NCBI GenBank assembly: GCA_964016885.1
Contig: OZ024740.1
Span: forward strand, 321,222,001-321,286,000
Length of the DNA: 64,000 nt
Origin: Eledone cirrhosa
Lineage: Eukaryota
Direction: 5' to 3'
A program made the position numbers and the translations under genes. The notes below the pieces were generated by a model. It saw only the letters and a list, made by a program, of their open reading frames with translations. It did not search any database and had not been told where the DNA came from. This document shows positions 55,680 through 64,000 of the stretch, piece after piece (the stretch's first letter is position 1; every line of letters starts with the position of its first letter).

Positions 55680-56590
55680 ATTTCTTTATTGTTGACCACA
55701 AGGGCTGACATCAAGAAAAACATTACAGACGACACGGGACGGTACAGGACGGTACGATGTGGGTTTTGTGCGTGTAAAGATTTTTATTATTTATATAAGA
55801 AAAGAAAAGAAAAGACATAAAAACATATATATATATAAACAATAAAAATGAAAATTGAAACAATGAAAAATTCCCCAATAGGGGGGAAACCTCCGAGGGT
55901 TACTCGTGGCGAAAACCACACAAAAGACCACGGCCACCCTGACCACCAGAGCAAGCGCCCTCTCTCAATTTTTCCATTTCTCAAACTACAGACGTATATT
56001 CAGAGCGGTCCCGTTCACTCGGACCATTCTCGCTACATTCACCCACCTTTCAACAAACTTGCTAGAAGGCAGCACTTGCCTCTCCACCCTGATTTTCCTC
56101 TTCAAGTGAAACTTGAAAATGTTAATTAGGGATTCGCCGAAGAGGAAAGTGACTGTCTTTAACCCTTTCAATCTTGTCCACCACACAATCTCTTTCGCCA
56201 TGGCCACCAGGCAGATGAAAACCGCCTGCCCTTCCTCCTCGAATGAAGACGGCGAGACCATCTGCACAATGGACTCAGTCCTACACGCGACAGCAACTGT
56301 TCGACATAGCTCCACAAGTCAGCAATGCTCGGGCACTGAACGAGTGCGTGCACGACGGTTTCGTCGCTCTGCGCGCATCTCGGACAGGCTCGGCTGACGG
56401 CACTTCCGTGCCTGTAGAGTTTATCTCGAACCGGTAACGCTCCCCGGTAGCACTGCCAGGCAAGGGATTTTTGGAAGTTATCCATAGGCCCTGGGTTGAA
56501 AGTTCTCCGGAAGAGAGCAAACAGCTGATCTTCTTCGACGCCCAGGATCTCTCCGAGAACGTCGTCGCTCTTCCCCTCCACTAGTCCTCT
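55680..56590 (-). mobile_element. Tx1 3' fragment in (TAA)n context
   Basis: LAWQCYRGALPVRDKL..CPRC..WWTRLKGL; 3' UTR ends caataaagaaa then (TTA)n. Confidence 0.88.
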
Positions 56591-56619
56591 ATTAATAATA
56601 ACAAATAAATAAATAAAAA

Positions 56620-56955
56620 TATGTATACATTCAGGCACTTAGAAAGACGGTCTACTACTACATGGCTGAATACAATAAATGTAATCTGTGTTTTTCGAAT
56701 ATTAATAATGGTTTCTACTTTTGGCACAAGGCCAGCAATTAACCAGTGTATTACTGGTACTTTATTTTATCGACCCCGTAAGGATGAAAGGCAAAGTTAG
56801 CATTCGATTCGTTTGCAATTAACAGAACTGCAGACACTAATGTTTCTGGGTATCACCCTTCATCAGTACAGCTCACTGTTCACCTGCCAACTGTCAGAGC
56901 TAGTGAAAATATGTTATTTTCTAAAATATACAGTGACTGATCGGCCTGATTTGCA
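56620..56955 (+). mobile_element. Penelope 3' fragment carrying a SINE insertion
   Basis: Matches 51690-51730 and 26930-27215 (reverse complement); extra SINE piece at 56705-56800. Confidence 0.7.
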
Positions 56956-56971
56956 TATACACACACATACT

Positions 56972-57018
<47 letters not shown>

Positions 57019-57123
57019 GGGGGGGAGAAGATAAAAATATGAGGTCAAGCGGAAATTATATTGTATTGTTTGATGAAAAATAATGACGCCGCACTTATAT
57101 TCCGAGAGTCTGTATCTATCCAT

Positions 57124-57200
<77 letters not shown>

Positions 57201-57315
57201 ACATTCTTATACTTTTAGAGGGTCATGCTGCCAGAAAATCTTGCAAAATGATACAAAAACGAAATATATATATATATATGTGTGTGTGTGTGTATGTGTG
57301 TGTGTGTATGAGAGA

Positions 57316-57346
<31 letters not shown>

Positions 57347-57366
57347 CGAGAGTATACATATGCATA

Positions 57367-57404
<38 letters not shown>

Positions 57405-57405
57405 A

Positions 57406-57437
<32 letters not shown>

Positions 57438-57512
57438 GCACACATACATACATACATACATACATACATACATACATACATACATACATACATACATACA
57501 TACATACATACA

Positions 57513-57888
57513 TTATAAAACCAGAAGAACATACATGCAATCTTGAGAAGCTAGGCTTCACAGAAACAGAAAGAACACAGCTAGTTAAGAAATTATAAGT
57601 ACAATCCATTAATGGAACAGTATATGTAAAACATTCCAAAAATTTTGCATCTAATAACTGCATATACACATGTACAGATAGTAAGCATATACACATGCAC
57701 ACATACAACTCAAAACATACACATCCACACATAAAATAACATCCATATCTACATATGTATGCATGCAGACATGCATACATATCTACCTAGTTGATGTTGT
57801 GTAAATTCCAATGAGAGAGTCTTGTAACTATGTTAGAAACCGACTCTCTCTATTGGCAAAAAATTGTGAAATTATAAAACCAGCAGAG
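57513..57888 (+). mobile_element. R4-clade 3' fragment between (CATA)n tracts
   Basis: NLEKLGFTETE..; homologous to 59015-59327. Confidence 0.85.
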
Positions 57889-57962
57889 CATACATACATA
57901 CATACATACATACATACATACATACATACATACATACATACATACATACATACATACATACA

Positions 57963-58190
57963 TTGCTGGCCACTGTCACCGTGCCAGCAATAAAATCATA
58001 TCCGCTCTCTTGCTCTGGAACCCTGACTCCAGCCTGACTACGAGTAGGAAGCTGTCATTCCCTGACGTTATCTCTAGGGATACGGGAATCAGCAGACAGG
58101 ACCTGGGGGCAGCGATGGGGGACAGGGGATTCTGGGGCATGAGAGTGAGATCCATCATCTCGACAGTAGTCGACGAGTGATGATGATGTG
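57963..58190 (+). mobile_element. RTE/RTEX-like 3' end between (CATA)n tracts
   Basis: QDLGAAMGDRGFW-like C-terminus, stem-loop tcgac..gtcga, (TGA)n tail. Confidence 0.55.
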
Positions 58191-58258
58191 ACATACATAC
58201 ATACATACATACATACATACATACATACATACATACATACATACATACATACATACAT

Positions 58259-59323
58259 AATCAAAAACCTACACCCAGGGAAATTGCCAGCAGTACCGTT
58301 GTGAATCTATGGATGAAAAACGGCATGCTTATCAGCAAAAAGTCATGCATGGATATGTTGCCAGGAAGCTCCAGAGTGAGAGTAATATAGATAAACAAAG
58401 TAGTCTATCTTGGACCAACAACCGCTATATTGGCTCCCATTTAGAAGGATATGCTTTTGCAACCAAGAACAGGAAATCAACACAAAATATCCGATTCAGA
58501 AAAGAAATAGGGATGCAGGCAAAACACCTAGATGTGACAAGTGCAAACTCTGCAGAATTAACATCGAAGATGTCACCCATGTCATAAGCAGCTATCCAAA
58601 GATGTCACCACGGTGCTATATACCTATGAGGCATGATGTAGTGGCCAAAACACTGTACAGTGCAATCCGTAGAAAAGATAGCCGCGACAATAAACACATT
58701 AAAAGCTACAGCAATGTGGAAGACATACACCAACATAATATGAAAGAGTACTGGTGGAATATTCCAGTAAAAACCCCAATAGAATGCAGGCATAACAGAC
58801 CAAATATAATGATATGGGACAGGGAAAAGAAGGCATGCACGGTAGTGGAAATTAACTGCTCAGCAGATGCCAATATAATATCAAAGATTAGCGAAAAGGA
58901 GAATATTTATGCAGAACTGATGAAAAATCTGCAGATACTCCACCCTGATTACACCTTCAGATTTATGCCTGTGATTATTGGGGCACTGGGGTATGTTAGT
59001 AACTGCCTCAGTACAAATCTTGAGAAGCTAGGCTTCACAGAAACAGAAAATACACGACTAGTTAGGAAATTACAAGTACAATCCATTAATGAAACAGTAA
59101 AAATATGTAAAACATTCCAGAAATTCTGCATCTAATAACTGCATATACACATGTACAGATACAAAGCATTTGCACCTGCACACATACAACTCAAAATATC
59201 CACATCCCCACATACAATAACATCCATACTTGCACACACATGCATGCACACATATCTACCTAGTTGATGTTGCGTAAATTCCAATGAGAGTCTTGTATCT
59301 ATGTTAAAAGCCGGTCTCTATTG

Positions 59324-59327
<4 letters not shown>
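58259..59327 (+). mobile_element. R4-clade 3' portion after (CATA)n
   Basis: MHGY, SHLEGYAFA, CKLC..EDVTHVISS..RHDVVAK, WWN..HNRPNIMIWD..VVEI, MPVIIGALG. Confidence 0.9.
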
Positions 59328-59390
<63 letters not shown>

Positions 59391-59519
59391 CTTTCCTTCC
59401 TTCCAATGTTCTACCATGTTTTCTGAAGAAGAGAAATGTTCTGAAGAACGATAAAAGTTTTCTGATACATAAGTTAAAAGGTAGATTTTTAGAGCTCCAG
59501 AACAGGACGTACTGAAAGT

Positions 59520-60800
59520 AATGCAGCCCTTCTCCAACTATTGTACTGTTGTTGGATTTAGGATAAACCTATAGAAAGGTCTGGTGGATTTTACCACTGC
59601 CCCAGTTGAGCTGTGGAAACAAATATACCCAAACCTGCTGTAGTAGGTCCTTTTATATACCTTACGGCTCTCTCTTCACTGAGGAATCCCTAGAATTTGA
59701 GATTAATTTGAGGATTGAGAAAATTTCAATTGTATTTGGAACACTCGAAAAACGAGTTTGGGCAGATAGGTACTATACACCCCCACTCGTTCCATTTATG
59801 ACGCATGCGTCATCATATTCCTACTATGCTTGTCTGAAGCATAGACGTTATACTGGTGGTGACACATCAGAATCCTAGAAATATTCCGCCAGAAGTCTTT
59901 AAGGCACACATTAAAACATCGGTGGGAAATCCGTTACACCTGGCATAGAAATGCTGGAAAGGATGAACTGCCTCTATATTGAAGCTCTCCATGTGTATAT
60001 GTATGGATCTGTAACTCCAGATGGAGTCGTAGGAGTGTCGTTTGACATACGGTGTGTCATGGATATTTTAAACCTGGCAGAGTCCATCACATCTCCAGGT
60101 CTGAACACAAACGATTTCTTCCAGAGAAGGAGAGTGAATGTGTGACAGTAAGTGAGACAGATGTAAAGAAAGAATCGTCTCCATTACTGGACTGGTACTT
60201 TTTTTATCGGCCTCGAAGTGGATCTCGGTGGGATTTCAATTTAGAGAGCGTCGAAAGCCGGAACGAACACTGACAAACAATCTAACCAACGTTCTATATA
60301 CTCAGTCAATTTGCCGCCTTATCAAGTATAATATGGGATGGGTTGGTCATATCATCAATCTTGATGAATTCAAGCGTCCGAAGCAATTATTTTATGCTGA
60401 ATTACTTCTTGGGATGCATCTCCAACACAATTTTAAAAGTAATTCAGTGATGTCACGAATTCTTGAATATTAACAGTTAGTTTGGAACATCTTTCACCGA
60501 ATAAAAGCGAACGGAGGTCACTAACCAAGAAGAGAAGGGTTACCTTCAATTTGTAAAAAACAGAATTGGTCATCAACTAGTGAAACGCGATGCCGGAAAA
60601 CACCGAGCATTTGAAGTTCCCTAAGGTAAAAGACTCAGAAAGGACCTTACTTGTACAGTCTGTGGTCGTATTGCTCTTACAAATGCCAATCTTGTTTCCT
60701 GTAAAGGATCTCATGCCAGAAACGTATTTATCCATGCAGATTTATCATCTACACATAAGCGTTGCTGTCCTTTATGTTCAAAGGGGTGCACATTTACTGT
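59520..60800 (+). mobile_element. Decayed RTE LINE 3' portion (SINE inserted ~59990-60310)
   Basis: EINLRIEK..FGTLEKRVW, WVGHI..RPKQLFYAEL, terminal CTVCGR zinc finger remnant. Confidence 0.7.
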
Positions 60801-62389
60801 GGAGCTGAATATCCCTTTTGGACAAATGCATGAGAATGTAGTCCTAGTTTCTGATGTCCTTGATAATACAATAAAACATCTAAGCAATAAAATATCTAAA
60901 CCCAAGTGGCCATCGCCATGACCAAGTCAACCATCGCCGATATGTGTATCTTTGGTTTGTCTTTTTATTTTCAAAAAAAGTTTTTTAAGGTTTCCCCATT
61001 CAAATTTTTTTTTCGTTCTGCCTTATTTTCGTTCGTTGTCTTTTCTTTGTTAATTATCCTAATTTTATTATTATTAATCTGTGACGAACGTGTTCTTTCT
61101 TCTCTCCACCCCACAATAATTTCAATGGGCTACATTTTTTAACAGGATATCTTACTTTCTTCTTCTTGCCTTTTTTCCTTACCTTTTCTTTTCTTTTTTA
61201 CCACCTTGTTTCAGTTTCATGAGGCTGTCATAGCTATATAGCACGATTGTCGTCACATAAAATTCTATATGTACTTGTTATGGCTTAATTGTTGTAAATT
61301 ATTGTTTTGTCTTGTCTTTTACCCCACTAGGCAGCGTTTGGCTTATGTCAGACGCTGTGACCTCGGGTGGAGTGTTTGGCTTATGTCAGACGCTGTGACC
61401 TCACGGGGAGCAGCAGTACCGTTGGTAGGGGTTGAAACTGCCAAGGTTTCCCGTTAAAAATAATTTTTTTGTTCTGCCGTATTTTCATTCGTTGTCTTCA
61501 CTTGGTTAATTATTAATACTTTTATTCTTTTCAACACTTAATTTTAAATTTTAAGTTTTTTATTCTTTTTAATTGTAATATTCAACATTTGACAAGATAG
61601 TTCACATTGATACATCGAAACCTGTTATATTTTATATATTTTATATACATTATAAAACTCCTTTTTTTTAAAAATGAGAATCGTATCTCATTTTTTCAAT
61701 AATGTCACTTTGACGAATCAAAGAAGAAAAACAGATCCTTAAATATATTTTCCGTGCTATTTCCAATTCCGTGTGTTTTTATTGGCAGCACGACCCTCCC
61801 AAAGGATAACTGTGTTGTGTATATATATATATCATCATCATCATCATCATCGTTTAACGTCCATCTTCCACGTTAGCATGGGTTAGACGGTTTTGTTCCA
61901 CTTGATGTGGGATTGGTAACGACCCTCTTCGGTCACAAATGACCACGGGATATGCACAAGTCCGGACAAGGTTGTTTGTGGAAGACCAGCAGTCGCTCAT
62001 GCATGCCAGTCGTCCTTCTCCATTACACTGATGTTGCCCAAGGGAAAGGCAAAGGCCGATACAGCTTGGCACCAGTGACGTCGCAACTCATTTCTACAGC
62101 TGGGGTAAACTGGAGCAATGTGAAATAAAGTGTCTTGTTCAAGAACACAATGCATCATCCGGTTCACAACATTCCGATTGTGAACCCAATGCTCTAATCA
62201 CTAAGCCATACACATACACACACACGCATATATATATAGTAATAATACTATATGTGAAAACTAAAATCCAAAGACGGCTCGATAAGGATAAATATATATC
62301 AAATATATAAGAACCCTAGAGCAAATATTTATTAAAATAACAGATTAAGGGTGAAAGCAGCGATTCTTTGCTTAAACTTTAATATATTA

Positions 62390-62438
<49 letters not shown>

Positions 62439-62793
62439 TGTATATATATATATATCGTTTGGTGTAGTGGGATTGTGAATTTTCTTAATATTAACGCGTT
62501 TCTGTTTGTAAACCTCGTTGATTTTTTTTTTATATTAATCGTTTACGTGCGTTTTAGGCGTTCGGCTTGTTTTTTGCTTAGTGGTAATTTATCTATTCTG
62601 TTTGAGAATTTTGGAAAAAAATACAATAATAAAACAAAAACTGCAATAACAACAGAACAAATTCGCTTCTTAAAACACTGTTTCCTTCAAAATATACACG
62701 ACAAATTTTTCAAACAAAATAGATAAATTACCACTTCACAAACAGAAACGCGTTAATATATATATATATATTAACGCGTCAAATATATATATA

Positions 62794-63240
62794 CTAGCAG
62801 AGGTACCCGACGTTGCTCGGATATTAAATAGCAGTTGTGTATACCATTTATGTCAATACTTCAGTGCTGCTTCGAAAACTATACTTTTACAAAATCATCG
62901 GCTTTTTCCAAAAGGGGGTTCCTGCCCCCCAGGGGTCCCCTACCCAATATGTGCCAATTCTGAGAGTTCACATTCATCTGTAGGACAAACGTAGCCCGTG
63001 TGTCAAGTTTTGTGAAAATCGGTTGCGAACTCCAGAAGTTGTGACGTTTTGTTGCATTGCACTGCAGTGCTTCAGTCGACTCCAAGGAAGTGGTTAAAAT
63101 GTTTAAAGGGGTTATCTGCCGGGGGGGCCTATAATCAATATCTGGAAAAATGACAGTGCCCATGACCATCCGGAGTACATAAGTAACCTATGTCTTAAGT
63201 TTGGTGAAAATACTGTAGAAATGCATAAGGTTTATACATA
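62794..63240 (-). mobile_element. Helitron-like non-autonomous element, 3' terminus
   Basis: Reverse complement ends ccgagcaacgtcgggtacctctgCTAG|T (subterminal hairpin + CTAG). Confidence 0.65.
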
Positions 63241-64000
63241 CGCGCGTGCGTTCGTGTGTGTGTGGGGGGGGGGGGTATGTATTTGTGTGTGCGTATGTAT
63301 GTGTATGTCCGTCGGGGCATACGTATGTACTGGCCTAAATCTTCACTATTTACTTTTACTATTTTAATAACCTCTGTCATTTTCGTTTTCAATTTTATTT
63401 ACATCATTCTTAAACTCCGGGGCTGGAAATCATTCTGTTATTTTAAATAAAATATTAGTCTAACGACTCCATTTATACCATAAACTTGGTCTTGTCTTTG
63501 CATGAAATTGTTCTTCACGCTCCACATAACGACGTATTATCCTCGCTTTTTTCCCGTTCATTGCCAGGGAACGTCTTCACGAACCAAAATATCGTCTTCC
63601 TGTTTTCGTTCGTTTGCAACGTTTCTCGAAATAATTACATCTGCGTTCACAGATTACTCTCAGTTCAATTTGAATGGGAAATTCCTGTTTCATCGATTTT
63701 CTCCGTAACCATGGAAGCTTGTAGCTTGAAAGTCGGCCCAACGCCTCCTCGGGTCATTCTGCATAACTGCGTAAATTTTCGCTGCATGCCACACCAAGCC
63801 GTTTCGACGTTTATCCGACTACACCTACATATACAACGTCCGACCACTTCCAATTTATATAGTAGATTTGTTTATATATGAATGAAAAAAAAAAGTACAA
63901 AACTATACATGAATTGTTTCTACTAAACCTTCAATTTAAGACACAACCTACATATTTGATAGGACTCCAGCTCACACCTTCTTCTTCTTCTTCTTCTTCT

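Noticed and set aside
60985-61520. Another retrozyme-like unit (~60-bp diverged direct repeats ~460 bp apart, internal 44-bp duplication)
   Set aside because: No recognisable CUGANGA core; too decayed to assign

Overview
AT-rich, microsatellite-dense eukaryotic DNA. The SINE families and repeat style suggest an octopus or other coleoid cephalopod (inference). The only host gene detected is a minus-strand calbindin-32/calretinin-family EF-hand gene, with three small spliced exons at 20072-19987, 17439-17350 and 11658-11572. The rest appears to be intron filled with transposon debris: R4/Dong, Tx1/L1, RTE, CR1, CRE and Penelope retroelements, Chapaev3, mariner/pogo MITEs, Helitron ends, tRNA-SINEs and a 33-bp minisatellite. 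Two patterns stand out. (1) About ten diverse type I hammerhead ribozyme motifs sit in non-coding fold-back or 1.2-1.4-mer repeat cassettes embedded in (TA)n, and several fold-back points fall in or next to ribozyme stem II. (2) Several retrotransposon families appear partitioned by microsatellite target: (CATA)n, (TAA)n and (TC)n. Most ORF-track entries are artefacts of simple repeats. Family assignments come from recalled motifs, not database searches, and element boundaries are approximate.
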